A DNA stretch of 43,355 bases from a virus (Duplodnaviria; Caudoviricetes): positions 1 through 43,355 of IMG/VR virus record IMGVR_UViG_3300020508_000002; one strand, written 5' to 3'. This document shows positions 26,745 to 38,700 of this stretch, in pieces (the stretch's first letter is position 1; each line of letters begins with the position of its first letter). The position numbers and the translations under genes are program-made. The notes under the pieces are model-generated. The model saw only the letters and a list, made by a program, of their open reading frames with translations, was not told the DNA's origin and made no database searches.

Positions 26745-27497
26745 ATGTCAATGGAAGAAACCAACTTTACTGATTACGTAACGCAACCAGCGGAGGAAGC
26801 CGCAGAAGCGTCCGTTGAAGCTGGCGTTGACGGCAACTGGGAAGAGCGCTACCGTTCAGAGGTCCAGGACCGCATCCGTGAACGTGAACGTTACAAGCCA
26901 ATTCGTCAAGTATTTGACAACATGCACCCTGATGACGCGGCAGCCGTACAGGGTTTTGCACAGGCATGGGCTGCTGGTGATGAAGACACCGCTATTCAGT
27001 GGATGATTGAAAACGCCAAGACACTTGCCGGTGACCGCTTTTACGAAATCGCTGGCGTCAACAGCCAGGGTCAGACACAACAGCAAGTAATGCAAGAAAC
27101 TGTTCAGCAGGCTCAGCAGCAAGGTCTTACCCCTCAACAGGTAGAGCAAATGGTTGAACAGCGTATGCAGGCTTTTCAGCACGAGCAGATTGTTCAGAGC
27201 TACGAGGTTGAAATTGAACAAACACTGCAGGAGGCTGGGTATGACCCCAATGGCCCATTAGCCATTGCAGCTATTGCAGCAGCACAGCAACGCCCTGACC
27301 TGGATCTCCACGCCGCAATTGCGGACATTGAGAATCAGATTCTTCAGCAAGCTCAATCAATTGTGCAGCGTCGCCAAAACCCATCAGAAGGTATGCCATC
27401 AGCAGCACCTAACGGGTTGCCGCCAATCATGCCAAACAGCAACATGTCTCCACGTGATCGGGCCATGGCTCGTCTTGGACAAAACGGTCTTAGTTAG
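26745..27497 (+). CDS. Capsid scaffolding protein
   Basis: Q/E/A-rich helical protein between portal and capsid. Confidence 0.7.
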   Translation: MSMEETNFTDYVTQPAEEAAEASVEAGVDGNWEERYRSEVQDRIRERERYKPIRQVFDNMHPDDAAAVQGFAQAWAAGDEDTAIQWMIENAKTLAGDRFYEIAGVNSQGQTQQQVMQETVQQAQQQGLTPQQVEQMVEQRMQAFQHEQIVQSYEVEIEQTLQEAGYDPNGPLAIAAIAAAQQRPDLDLHAAIADIENQILQQAQSIVQRRQNPSEGMPSAAPNGLPPIMPNSNMSPRDRAMARLGQNGLS

Positions 27498-27499
27498 GC

Positions 27500-27530
27500 T
27501 ACTTGACATAGCTCAAGTAACATATAACAT
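27500..27530 (+). promoter_or_regulatory. Capsid-operon promoter with overlapping inverted repeat
   Basis: TTGACA at 27503 with TAACAT at 27525; TACTTGA-N6-TCAAGTA palindrome over the -35 box. Confidence 0.55.
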
Positions 27531-27701
27531 ATAGATATACATTCGTCTTGGATTAGACGGTGTAAAAACATAGTCACCACAAAGGCACGTTGACGGAACG
27601 TCATAGCGCCCCGATGTTCGGAGAACTAGGGACCGCCGGGTAGTGGGTCTAAACAACTCAATCCATCAACAAAACAACAATCAACAGTAAGGAATAACAA
27701 A

Positions 27702-28970
27702 GTGCCCGCAAGCCTTTCCACCGTTGATGCAATCCTTAAGGACGACTACAAGGATTACATCGACCAACTTAACCAAGCGACTTTTCTCCTCTCGCAGATC
27801 GAGACTCGCCGCGACACCATCACGGGCCGTGTTGCCCGCCATGCACTCCACCTCGGACGTTCGTCCGGTGTCGGCGCTCGCGGCGAAAATGGCACGCTCC
27901 CAACAGCAGGCAACCAAGGCTTCGCGACGGTCCCCGTACCAGTCCGCTACGTCTATGGTCGCATCCAGCTGAGTGGTCCAACAATTCGTCAGGCTGTTAC
28001 AGACCGTGGCGCGTTCGTTGACGCACTTGACGCTGAAATGCAGGGAATCCGCCGTGACGCAATGAAGGACGTCAACCGCCAGCTTTGGGGTACATCTAAC
28101 GGTGTTATCGCTCAGTGTGGTACGACCACTTCTTCAACAACTGTCGTTTTGGCTTCTTCAACCGGTACAACCGCCCTCCGCAACCTCTTCTTTGATGGCG
28201 GCATGGTTGTTGACATTGGTACCGTAGCTGACCCAACCGTAGTTGCTTCTGCTCGTACGATCTCATCACTTAGCGAATCAGCTAAGACTGTTGTTATCTC
28301 CGGTGCAGCAGTTACCACTTCATCCTCACACTTCTTGTTCCGTGCAGGTGCAGGCGGTGCTTCCAGCAACACTGGCCAGCCAGGTGACGGTCAGAAGGAA
28401 TTGACAGGTATTCAGACAATCGTCGACGATAGCGCAGTCCTTCACACCATTAACCCTTCAAGCCAGCCAAAGTGGAAGGCCTACGTTAACAGCAACAGCG
28501 GTACCAACCGTGCAGTTACCGAGACCCTCATCACTGGTGCAATCATGAAGACCCTCATCAACAGCGGCAAGAAGCCATCGCTTCTTGTTTCTGCAGAAGG
28601 TGTTCACCTCTCGGTTGCAAACTTGTTCCTCTCGCTCAAGCGAAACATGGAGCAGACCCAGCTCAAGGGTGGCTACGCAGGTATCCAGTACTACTCACCA
28701 TCAGTCTCCGGACAGGGTGACGAAGGCCCAACGGTCCTCTACGCAGACTTCGACTGCCCGAACAACGCACTCTACGGCCTTTCGCCTGAGAGCATGGTGT
28801 TCCATCAGGTTGGCGAAGGCTGGCAGTTCATGGACCTTGACGGTGCAGTGATGAACCGCGTTCCTAACACCGATGCTTACGAAGCAACGATGACCTGCTA
28901 TGCAGAACTTGCATGTAAGCAGCGCAACGCTAACTTCGTGATCAAGGACCTTACGGAGACAACGATCTAA
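27702..28970 (+). CDS. Major capsid protein
   Basis: 422 aa, strong codon bias, AAGGA SD, follows scaffold. Confidence 0.85.
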   Translation: MPASLSTVDAILKDDYKDYIDQLNQATFLLSQIETRRDTITGRVARHALHLGRSSGVGARGENGTLPTAGNQGFATVPVPVRYVYGRIQLSGPTIRQAVTDRGAFVDALDAEMQGIRRDAMKDVNRQLWGTSNGVIAQCGTTTSSTTVVLASSTGTTALRNLFFDGGMVVDIGTVADPTVVASARTISSLSESAKTVVISGAAVTTSSSHFLFRAGAGGASSNTGQPGDGQKELTGIQTIVDDSAVLHTINPSSQPKWKAYVNSNSGTNRAVTETLITGAIMKTLINSGKKPSLLVSAEGVHLSVANLFLSLKRNMEQTQLKGGYAGIQYYSPSVSGQGDEGPTVLYADFDCPNNALYGLSPESMVFHQVGEGWQFMDLDGAVMNRVPNTDAYEATMTCYAELACKQRNANFVIKDLTETTI

Positions 28971-28971
28971 G

Positions 28972-29292
28972 ATGCCTGCATCGGTAAGTATCGTTACGGG
29001 TCCGGAAGTTCCAGGTAACCGTAAGTTTGTGACAGCAACAGTCACATTCGACTCGTCGTACGCGACCGGGGGAGAGGCGATTTCGCTGGCCTCCCTCGGT
29101 CTCGACCGACTTGACTTTCTGTGGGCAGTAACCACGGATGGCTATGTCCCTGCATGGGATGGTTCAACAACCAATCCAAAGATTGAACTCTTTTGGGTTG
29201 ACACTACAACAGACGGTGCTGCATTAGCAGAAGTACCGAGCACAACGAACGTTTCGACGGTAGTAGCTCGTATCTTTGCATTCGGCGCATAA
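28972..29292 (+). CDS. Probable head decoration/cement protein
   Basis: FDSSYATGGE motif, small beta-rich protein directly after the capsid gene. Confidence 0.6.
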   Translation: MPASVSIVTGPEVPGNRKFVTATVTFDSSYATGGEAISLASLGLDRLDFLWAVTTDGYVPAWDGSTTNPKIELFWVDTTTDGAALAEVPSTTNVSTVVARIFAFGA

Positions 29293-29303
29293 AAAGCTTG
29301 TTG

Positions 29304-29340
29304 GCCGGGGTGGGTCTTTTCTCCTTTCACCCACTCCGGC
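29304..29340 (+). terminator. Stem-loop after capsid genes
   Basis: GCCGGGGTGGG/CCCACTCCGGC stem with a pyrimidine loop; no U-tract. Confidence 0.5.
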
Positions 29341-29362
29341 TGGCATCATCTAGGAGAACATT

Positions 29363-29824
29363 ATGGATTTAAGAGCTCACGACATTTTGGGACAACACAT
29401 CCCAGGCTCGGACGGATGGGCTGAGATTTCCACCGATGTGTACAACATCTCGGAACGAATCCGCAAGGGAGACGAATCAGGCTGGCGCGGTGATCCGACT
29501 GCCAGTATCCTGTTTAACCCTCTTACGCAGCACTTTGAAGTATGGCTAATCGACGGCCAAAACACGCCTTACATTGCGTGCTCTTCCCCGCGCTGCGATC
29601 ACTCTCTTATTGTGAAGCTCATTGAAGGCGACTGGCAAAAAGGCCACCGCTTGATTGAGGACATTCAGAAGAAGAACCGTGCTGCCCGTGCTGCAGAAGA
29701 CTCAGCACAACGCGATAAGGCAGAAGAACTCGCTGACAAGATGCACTTTGCTATCATTAAAGATATCGGTCACCTTGAAGGTGGCACCAAACGTCAATAC
29801 TCAATGAATAACGGACTCAAATAA
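29363..29824 (+). CDS. Hypothetical protein (structural module)
   Basis: AGGAG SD; 153 aa. Confidence 0.7.
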   Translation: MDLRAHDILGQHIPGSDGWAEISTDVYNISERIRKGDESGWRGDPTASILFNPLTQHFEVWLIDGQNTPYIACSSPRCDHSLIVKLIEGDWQKGHRLIEDIQKKNRAARAAEDSAQRDKAEELADKMHFAIIKDIGHLEGGTKRQYSMNNGLK

Positions 29825-30126
29825 TGGCAACATACTCATCTTCTCAATCCAAGTACATCACGCTAGTGGCAAACACGGTAGATACCGTTACTCTCACTGG
29901 AACGGGAAACGTTTTGCGTTTTGTTACTACGGCCGGTACTTCTCATGCCTATGCAACTGTAGCCAGCACTGGTTTAACACCAGCTACACCTACCGTTGGT
30001 GGCGACAATACGTACGCAACCGTTCATGGAAATCCTGGGTACATTGATATCCCTTGGAATGGTGGCGGGGCTGTAGTTAGTATTATCAGTACGGGTACTC
30101 CGACGATCGGCATTATGCTAATCTAG
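29824..30126 (+). CDS. Small T-rich virion protein
   Basis: TAATG coupling; beta-rich T/G/V composition. Confidence 0.65.
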   Translation: MATYSSSQSKYITLVANTVDTVTLTGTGNVLRFVTTAGTSHAYATVASTGLTPATPTVGGDNTYATVHGNPGYIDIPWNGGGAVVSIISTGTPTIGIMLI

Positions 30127-30144
30127 TATTAGAGTAGATGATTA

Positions 30145-31732
<1,588 letters not shown>

Positions 31733-31733
<1 letters not shown>

Positions 31734-32848
31734 TGCCAATCCGTAGAGGAACAGCGTCAAGTGTTGCTTTAGCTCCTGTCACAACAATCAACACAACGAC
31801 TGAGTTTAATGAGTCGCGCGCAACGTTCAATGCAACTATTGATTCGTCCGGATATATGACAAGCGTTTTGTTTCAATACAGCACTAATGGAACTACGTGG
31901 ACCAACTCGGGAACTGTTTCGGGGGTAACGGGGAACAGTCAATCTGTATCGCACACTCAAACAGGCCTGTCTGTAGGAACTTTGTACTATGTTCGTGCAA
32001 TAGCTACAAATCAAATCGGTAGCACAACTTCTTCAAATACAACTTTTACCACCTGGTCTTTAAAGACTTATTTAAACACGACTGCCGGTTCTTACTCGGT
32101 GTCAGTGCCTTCGATTACTGGTGTTGCACCAACTATTTACGAAATGCTTTTGTACGGCGGCGGTGGTGGAGCGAACTATTCAGGTGGTGGCGGCGGCGGC
32201 TATCGCCTTGCTGCTAGTCACACATCGTCAACCACGGGTACACAGACAGTTTCAGGTTCAGTAGGTGGCGGCGGTGCCGCAGGAAACGGCGGCGGTGGGA
32301 CTGGTAGTGCAACAGCAGGTGGCAGCACAACATTAACCGTCGGTTCAACAACATGGACTGGTGGCGGCGGCGGAGCAGGACAGCACCCAGGTAGTTGCGG
32401 AGCGTCATGTGGTGGTCGTGGCGGAACTGTCGGTTCAGGAACTAACGGTGCAAACATCGGAGGTTGCACTACCTACGGTTACTACTACGTTTCTAGCCAA
32501 ACCTTTATTTGCACAGCGTCCGACAAAAACGGTTGTACTGCTGGCTATTTCCAAGATAACTATTCCTACGATTGTGGTTACTACGCAGGCGGCGGCGGCG
32601 GCGGTACTGATGGCGGTGGTGCTAACGCAGCCACACAGAACAGTGCTTCACATGTCGGCGGTGCTGGCGGTACAGGTGGCGGGGCATACGGTCTTCGTGG
32701 AGGCAACGGCGGTGGAGGTCAAGGCACCCAAGGCAACGGGGCAGCAGGTGGTTTTTCTGTTGGTTCCGGGACAATCGTAGGTACCGGCGGGTCTGTATTT
32801 GCTGGTGGTTCCGCTGGTGGTATAACATTTAAGTATTACGGACCGTAA
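31733..32848 (+). CDS. Glycine-rich fibre/receptor-binding protein with FN3-like N-terminus
   Basis: TGLSVGTLYYVRAIATN FN3 motif, GGGGG repeats, Cys-containing loops. Confidence 0.75.
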
Positions 32849-32860
32849 CAAAGGAAAAAT

Positions 32861-33979
32861 ATGGAACAGTTCACGTTGGACAAAATTAAAAACTACAAAA
32901 TGTTTTATGTCTTAAAGAAAATTAAATCAACATCGCAAGAAATTGTTTTGCTACATAAGCAATCACAAGAGATGGTTGTTGTCGAAACAGAAAAGTACGA
33001 CCTGTTTCAAGTCGGAGCTGATCAAGTGCTTGTTGCTTTTGTAGACGTTTTCCAACACGCTGGTAAGCATAATTATGTTGCGTCTGACGGTTTGCTGGAG
33101 GAAAACATTCTTCTTAACCCGTATGAAAAAATAGTTGACTACTACAAAACGGATCGAGACGACGAACCTTCAGGGGTTTTTCTTTTTCTTAATTCTTGCC
33201 CGGCCGTTTTAGAAGGCCAAGATTGGCGTTGCGATAACGCATTATTTGGTCCTCGTGGATTTTTCCCAGTTGGTCAAGAAGAAAAAAGACTAATAGACGG
33301 TATCACAAAAATTAAAGTATACGAACCGGTATTAAGCATTAACGGTGTCGGACACATTGTTTATTTTAAACACGAGGGTGACGATACTGAATTAAGATTT
33401 GATTACATCAATAACGCAGAACTTCCTCAATCAGCAGAAACGTTTTCTGAAATGATTAAGCTAATCCTTGAATGGGCTAAAGTTTCTGAAGAACCTTTTA
33501 ACAACACCGAACAGATTGCAATTAAGGCAAAACAATTTGTGGATAATTTTGGGATATCGGAAAGCTTTGTTGCCGATCAGCCGAGTATGCAGGTGGTCAA
33601 ATATCTACAAGGCGATACGCTGGCACGGGTCCGTACTCATGGGACATATAAGATTTCTGATGCGATAAACAGTTTAGTTGTTGACAATCTTCCGTATATG
33701 ACCTTTAGTAAAATTGCTGAACTTAACCCTACAATGTTCAATCTTAAAGAGTGTTTGGAAACAGAAATTCAATGGTCGCAAGAAGAATGGGACCAAGCAT
33801 TGGTAACACACAACATTACGGAACCCAAAGAATATGGCGATGTTGACGGAGTTTGCGAACATATCTTAAGCACTTTTCCTAACAATTTGACCTTTCCCAA
33901 AATAGTTTTTGGCCTTTTGAAAAAAAAGAAAGAATTGTTAGAAGAAGCATTTAACAGTCCGTCCTTGATGGTGGACTAG
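32861..33979 (+). CDS. Hypothetical protein (AT-rich gene)
   Basis: 372-aa ORF, AAGGA SD. Confidence 0.75.
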   Translation: MEQFTLDKIKNYKMFYVLKKIKSTSQEIVLLHKQSQEMVVVETEKYDLFQVGADQVLVAFVDVFQHAGKHNYVASDGLLEENILLNPYEKIVDYYKTDRDDEPSGVFLFLNSCPAVLEGQDWRCDNALFGPRGFFPVGQEEKRLIDGITKIKVYEPVLSINGVGHIVYFKHEGDDTELRFDYINNAELPQSAETFSEMIKLILEWAKVSEEPFNNTEQIAIKAKQFVDNFGISESFVADQPSMQVVKYLQGDTLARVRTHGTYKISDAINSLVVDNLPYMTFSKIAELNPTMFNLKECLETEIQWSQEEWDQALVTHNITEPKEYGDVDGVCEHILSTFPNNLTFPKIVFGLLKKKKELLEEAFNSPSLMVD

Positions 33980-33999
33980 GATTAGGATAGAATTAACCC

Positions 34000-34614
34000 A
34001 TGAACCGTGGTCAAATCCGTACGGCTGTAAAGCAACGCCTGGCAATCCCTGCATCCGGCGACGGCCTGTTGCCGGACACCACGATTGACTCTTTGATTAA
34101 CCGTTCCCTAGCTACTATCTCAGCCACCAAGGAATGGCCCTGGTTGCTTGATACCCAGGCTATGACTTTTGTAGGCGGCTCGGCTACTGTCCCTAACGAC
34201 TTCGTACGGGCCCGCCAGCTGGTTATTAACGAGCTTCCGGTTATGTGGGTCCAACTTGAGGACTTCCTTGACCCTGACCGTATGACGGCCACCTTTGCTT
34301 GGACGATTATCGGTAACAAGGCTCGGCTCAACCCTCTTCCGACAACCGATCAAAACGGGACTTTATATTACTACCGGAGCGAACCTGAACTGCTGAGCGA
34401 CTATTCGACACCGCTTATGCCAGCTTTGCACCACCCTCTAATCGTTGCCTACACGGCGTACCTTGCAGCCATGGTCCGCCAGGACGAAGGGCGTGCTGCG
34501 GTATACCAGGCTGAGTACCAGTCAATCCTTAACACCATGCGAGATGACTTGAAGCAGAACACCTCCCGCCGCATTCGGTATAGCCCTGGTTACCAACATG
34601 CTGCGTGGTCATAA
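34000..34614 (+). CDS. Head-tail adaptor / tail tubular protein A-like
   Basis: IN..L..I....WPWL...VP.DF...P...H..IV pattern; position. Confidence 0.7.
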   Translation: MNRGQIRTAVKQRLAIPASGDGLLPDTTIDSLINRSLATISATKEWPWLLDTQAMTFVGGSATVPNDFVRARQLVINELPVMWVQLEDFLDPDRMTATFAWTIIGNKARLNPLPTTDQNGTLYYYRSEPELLSDYSTPLMPALHHPLIVAYTAYLAAMVRQDEGRAAVYQAEYQSILNTMRDDLKQNTSRRIRYSPGYQHAAWS

Positions 34615-36464
34615 TGCCAGCCTTTACTTCTACATGGGATGACTTTACCGGCGGGTACTTTGTCGGAGAGAACGACAACCGCCAGCCACGAAGCACATTC
34701 ACTGGCGAAAACGTAGCCGTATCACTCAATGACGGATCTGTTGTAGCTACTAACAAAGTGCAGCAAATCCCCTTAAACGCTCCCGGCGAACACGATACAG
34801 GAATTGTTATTCAAAACGATTCTTTGTACATTGACGGTGGTGCATCGGTCAATACTTTTGTGACGCCCGCCGTTCAAGGTGGTGATTACATTTATTTTGC
34901 TGTTCAATTTATCGGTACTTCAACTACCACGTTTAAAATGTACCGCCTTCGTTGGGGAAACCCATCGGACCCTACTCAGAATTGTGAAATAAATTCAAGC
35001 GACGCTGTAAGTCTTACAAACACCTACACAATCACAAACGTTTTCACAACCAATGAAAGCGGGCAAATTTATGCCTACGTAGGTTCAAAAGACAAGATTT
35101 ACAGATTTACCGGCACTGGCAACTGGGACGCAATCAACCCAGCAGCGATGACTACGATCACACTTCCTTCGGGTATCACGAGCGTTGACGGGATTACTGT
35201 TTGGAACGCTCGAATGGTTGCATGGTCTTCTACGACTGATTATGTTTATTATTCTGAAGCATTGAATTTTAGTAGCTGGCTTACTTTGAACTTTATTGCT
35301 CCAGGCTATTCAAATAACGGCGTTACCTGGGTGATCCCAAGATATGACGATTTGCTTGTTGTTAAACCAAACGCTATTTATTCTATTACGGGAGTATTGG
35401 GGGCTACGGCAGCTGTCCGTCAGGTTTCTGATGCTGTTTACCCATTGAATACTGATTATTCTTCGATTGTTTCTCAGTCCAATACGATGTTCTATTTGTC
35501 AAGATTGACGGAACCGTATTATGCAAACGTTAACTATCTGTCCGGCCAGCAAGTTGGTGTTGCTGCGTACCAAAACCTTGGACGCGCTTTTGTTTCCCCT
35601 TACGCAAACATTGATCACGTAACACCACCTTCTCTTGCTGCATCGTCCAATGGCGACGTTGTATGTACATACTCAGTAAGCGAGTTTGGTGCTGGCGGTT
35701 TTTATGCTTTGATTAGAAACAGGTTTGGAGATTGGCTAAGAATCAAAAGCGAATCGCTCAATTTTTATTCTGCCCCAATCGAAGGGGTGTCTCAAAACGA
35801 TAAATTTATTAGGCGTTACAGCGCTGTAAACAACTATCAAACCCCGTCCGCTGTTTTTGGGTTTCCTCCTAACGCAATGGTGTTTATGCAAGTTGCCTCG
35901 AATATTACAACCAGCGGGTTTGGCGCAGAAGCTTTTGCGCGTTACAAGTCTATTTCTTTTGGTGTTTGGTTTCAGCAACAAGTAAACGCTGGCCATGACT
36001 ATGCCGGGGATGACGACATTACTTTTGATGCGTTAACCGAAGGTACGCTTATTCTGTCCCCAGTGGATGACCAAAAAGCTTCTACCATCCGCCGCATTTA
36101 TGTCGAAGCAACTCTTGATTTAGATTATATTAATTATGGCGATTTTTCCGGTGACGCAGAAATGACAGTCACAGTTATTAACGGGGCTCCGGAAGATGTT
36201 GCTTACGACCCTAACCTTAATTTTGTTTCTAGCGATCGTGTCTTCTCTCAAGCTCTTTCTAGCATTCCCAATACCACCGCTTTCACACCCGCAGAAGTCA
36301 AGACGGCACCCTACGCAAACGCCAATCCTTACAAACGTGTTACGGCTACACGTATCCTGCGTTTTGATTCAGACAACATGGGCTATGGTTACAAGCATAA
36401 TGTGTCTATTAAATTTTCGGGTTTTAGGATTAAGCGTGTTTGGATTGAAGGCGATTCGCGATGA
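34614..36464 (+). CDS. Tail nozzle / tubular protein B-like
   Basis: DFTGG...ENV start, beta-propeller-like composition, follows the adaptor. Confidence 0.65.
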   Translation: MPAFTSTWDDFTGGYFVGENDNRQPRSTFTGENVAVSLNDGSVVATNKVQQIPLNAPGEHDTGIVIQNDSLYIDGGASVNTFVTPAVQGGDYIYFAVQFIGTSTTTFKMYRLRWGNPSDPTQNCEINSSDAVSLTNTYTITNVFTTNESGQIYAYVGSKDKIYRFTGTGNWDAINPAAMTTITLPSGITSVDGITVWNARMVAWSSTTDYVYYSEALNFSSWLTLNFIAPGYSNNGVTWVIPRYDDLLVVKPNAIYSITGVLGATAAVRQVSDAVYPLNTDYSSIVSQSNTMFYLSRLTEPYYANVNYLSGQQVGVAAYQNLGRAFVSPYANIDHVTPPSLAASSNGDVVCTYSVSEFGAGGFYALIRNRFGDWLRIKSESLNFYSAPIEGVSQNDKFIRRYSAVNNYQTPSAVFGFPPNAMVFMQVASNITTSGFGAEAFARYKSISFGVWFQQQVNAGHDYAGDDDITFDALTEGTLILSPVDDQKASTIRRIYVEATLDLDYINYGDFSGDAEMTVTVINGAPEDVAYDPNLNFVSSDRVFSQALSSIPNTTAFTPAEVKTAPYANANPYKRVTATRILRFDSDNMGYGYKHNVSIKFSGFRIKRVWIEGDSR

Positions 36465-36652
36465 ACCCAATTGAGATTGTGTGGAAACACCCACGCCAGG
36501 CCTATGAGCTGGCTTACGTGCTCAAGAACGACAAAACTCAAAGCTACGAAGAGTACGCTGCTGCTTTGCGGGAAAACATCGTTTCCCTGGAAGACCGGAT
36601 CTCTCAGATGCAGGTTCAGATCGATGCCTTGTGGGCGGCAGCAGGCTTGTAG
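36461..36652 (+). CDS. Small coiled-coil protein
   Basis: ATGA overlap; 63 aa. Confidence 0.6.
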   Translation: MNPIEIVWKHPRQAYELAYVLKNDKTQSYEEYAAALRENIVSLEDRISQMQVQIDALWAAAGL

Positions 36653-36684
36653 CAATACGCTACTATATATGGGATAATTGCCCT

Positions 36685-36954
36685 ATGAACCTTCAAGTTG
36701 TCAAAGATGTAGCTACCCGCCTGATCGCCCTGTTTGTATCCAGCTCGCTCGGCATCATCACCGGCTCCTCGGTTATTGACGCATTTGCTAAGGATATCAG
36801 CGTTCCTCTTTGGTACAAGGCTCTCCAGGCTGGCGGTGCTGCCGTAGCCCTCGTTGTCTACGATCTCAGCAAAGCCCTTAGTGACGGAAAGCTTACCAAG
36901 GCTGAGGTCGACAAAGCATTTGGCGTAGACCGGGACAAGCACAGTGCCGCGTAA
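36685..36954 (+). CDS. Putative holin
   Basis: Two hydrophobic segments and charged tail DGKLTKAEVD; adjacent to endolysin. Confidence 0.6.
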   Translation: MNLQVVKDVATRLIALFVSSSLGIITGSSVIDAFAKDISVPLWYKALQAGGAAVALVVYDLSKALSDGKLTKAEVDKAFGVDRDKHSAA

Positions 36955-37396
36955 GTACACCGGCAATTCCGATGGAGCAGCTAAGGGCAAACGCCCTGGC
37001 ACAGAAAAGCTCGTAGACCTCTGTAAGCGCCGTTGGAAAGCAAAATCTTTGGGGACCTGGGTCGTGCGGGACATGCGAGGCAAGCCAGGCCAGCTGTCGG
37101 TTCATGCTACCGGTAGGGCTGCGGATATTCAATTTCCTAATGACAAGGTTAAAGCCGAAGCCGTAGACTGGTTTGTGGAACATGCTGACGCATTGGGCAT
37201 TGAGGAAATCCACGTGTATGACGCCGGTAAATGGGGCAAGGGCTGGCGCGTAGGCCGTGGCTGGAAGCAGTGGACCGAAAAAAGTAACGGTGGTACGCCA
37301 GGAGCGGATTGGCTCCATTTAGAAATTTCGCCTACATTTGCCGACGATGCTGAGCGCTTTGAAGCTGCTTGGCGAGCCCTGCCCAAGCCTGGCTGA
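36944..37396 (+). CDS. Endolysin, M15-like Zn peptidase
   Basis: SVHATGRAAD (SxHxxGxAxD) and WLHLE Zn ligands. Confidence 0.78.
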   Translation: MPRKYTGNSDGAAKGKRPGTEKLVDLCKRRWKAKSLGTWVVRDMRGKPGQLSVHATGRAADIQFPNDKVKAEAVDWFVEHADALGIEEIHVYDAGKWGKGWRVGRGWKQWTEKSNGGTPGADWLHLEISPTFADDAERFEAAWRALPKPG

Positions 37397-37398
37397 CG

Positions 37399-37614
37399 AT
37401 GACTGCCGCGTGGTCCAGTCTTTTGGTGGCCCTTATATCCGGACCACTTATGTGGGTATTATATAGGTTGGACAAGCGCAATACTAGTCAACATGGACAA
37501 GCTGTTGATCTTATCCAGTCAGTTAAGCACGACGTAAAGGAAGTCAAGGATATGCAGGTTTGGATGGACATGAAACTTGACAAACATATTGACCAGGATC
37601 ACCATGCCAATTAG
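37399..37614 (+). CDS. Small membrane protein (lysis module)
   Basis: One TM segment, coiled coil, LDKHI..H tail. Confidence 0.65.
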   Translation: MTAAWSSLLVALISGPLMWVLYRLDKRNTSQHGQAVDLIQSVKHDVKEVKDMQVWMDMKLDKHIDQDHHAN

Positions 37615-38296
37615 CTATTTTGAAACCCTTAAAACACAGTTAACAGAAGCGGCTACAGCTAAAAAAGCTGCCCTTGACGCTGCTTATGACCGTGCCACTA
37701 CTGCTACTTTTGATGCTTCCGGTAAGCCAACCTATAAAAAAGATGCTGCCGGAAATAACATTTATGGAACTCGTGACGTGCAGCATTTGGAAAATGTCCG
37801 CAACATAGGTGTAGGTGCCGAAGCTAGCGGGACTCTTCGCAGCGGTCAGAATCAAAGAAATCTTATTAATAACGAAGCTGATTACAGAGCTGACGTACTT
37901 GCTGCCAGTACTAAATTAACAGCGGACAAAAACTTAGTTGATACAGAAACAGGGACCAAGACCGCGGAGTATCAAGCCTTGTATGGGGACAAAGCTGGTG
38001 CAGGTTCAGGTGCAGTAGCAGGACCAGCAGCAGGATCAGCAGCAGGATTAGCACCCGCTACAGCACCCCCTGCAAGAACAAGTACTGTAACAAGCGGCGG
38101 CAAAACTACTGTCCTAACACCAGCTCAACAAAGCGCATGGGCCAATGCTTTAAAAAATGTACCAGCTTCAAGGGCTGGAAATAGAACCCCCGTACCAGCT
38201 GTACCAGCTTCAAGGGCTGGAAATAGAACCCCTGCACCAGCTCCTGCCAAAGCTCCTGCCAAAACGGTAGTTCCAAAAAGAATAGGTGGTTACTGA
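37604..38296 (+). CDS. Putative internal virion protein
   Basis: A/T/P-rich, low-complexity C-terminus; precedes the giant protein. Confidence 0.6.
   Translation: MPISYFETLKTQLTEAATAKKAALDAAYDRATTATFDASGKPTYKKDAAGNNIYGTRDVQHLENVRNIGVGAEASGTLRSGQNQRNLINNEADYRADVLAASTKLTADKNLVDTETGTKTAEYQALYGDKAGAGSGAVAGPAAGSAAGLAPATAPPARTSTVTSGGKTTVLTPAQQSAWANALKNVPASRAGNRTPVPAVPASRAGNRTPAPAPAKAPAKTVVPKRIGGY
38158..38232 (+). repeat. 33-bp direct repeat (VPASRAGNRTP x2)
   Basis: tgtaccagcttcaagggctggaaatagaacccc at 38158 and 38200. Confidence 0.9.
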
Positions 38297-38697
38297 TGAC
38301 ACGCTACAAGCCATTTAGAGATGCTGTTGCAAGCCGTGAAGAAGCATTTCGCGAGCAAGTACCAAACGTTTTAAACGTATCTAGTTTATTGCAACCCGAG
38401 CAGGGAACACCATCTTCCCCTCCATCAGCAATTAATCCTAACGAAATTCCTTCGGTGGGCGCGCTCGCCAATATGAAAGCCATTTCCGGCACTCAGTCAA
38501 CGGCTCGCCAGGATCAAAACAAAGCAACTATTAGACGGCTTCCTCAATATGTCGATGCTTATAGAGGTTATCTTAAGTGGCGTTACCCTACACGCTACGG
38601 TGGCGGCGGTGGCGGCGGTGGCGGCGGTATCCTTGGCGGTTATGAAGTTCCTAGCCTTGGCGATCCGTTTACTCCTCCTAAACCGACAGGAAGATAA
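38296..38697 (+). CDS. Putative internal virion protein
   Basis: TGATG coupling; poly-Gly tract. Confidence 0.6.
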   Translation: MTRYKPFRDAVASREEAFREQVPNVLNVSSLLQPEQGTPSSPPSAINPNEIPSVGALANMKAISGTQSTARQDQNKATIRRLPQYVDAYRGYLKWRYPTRYGGGGGGGGGGILGGYEVPSLGDPFTPPKPTGR

Positions 38698-38700
38698 TAG

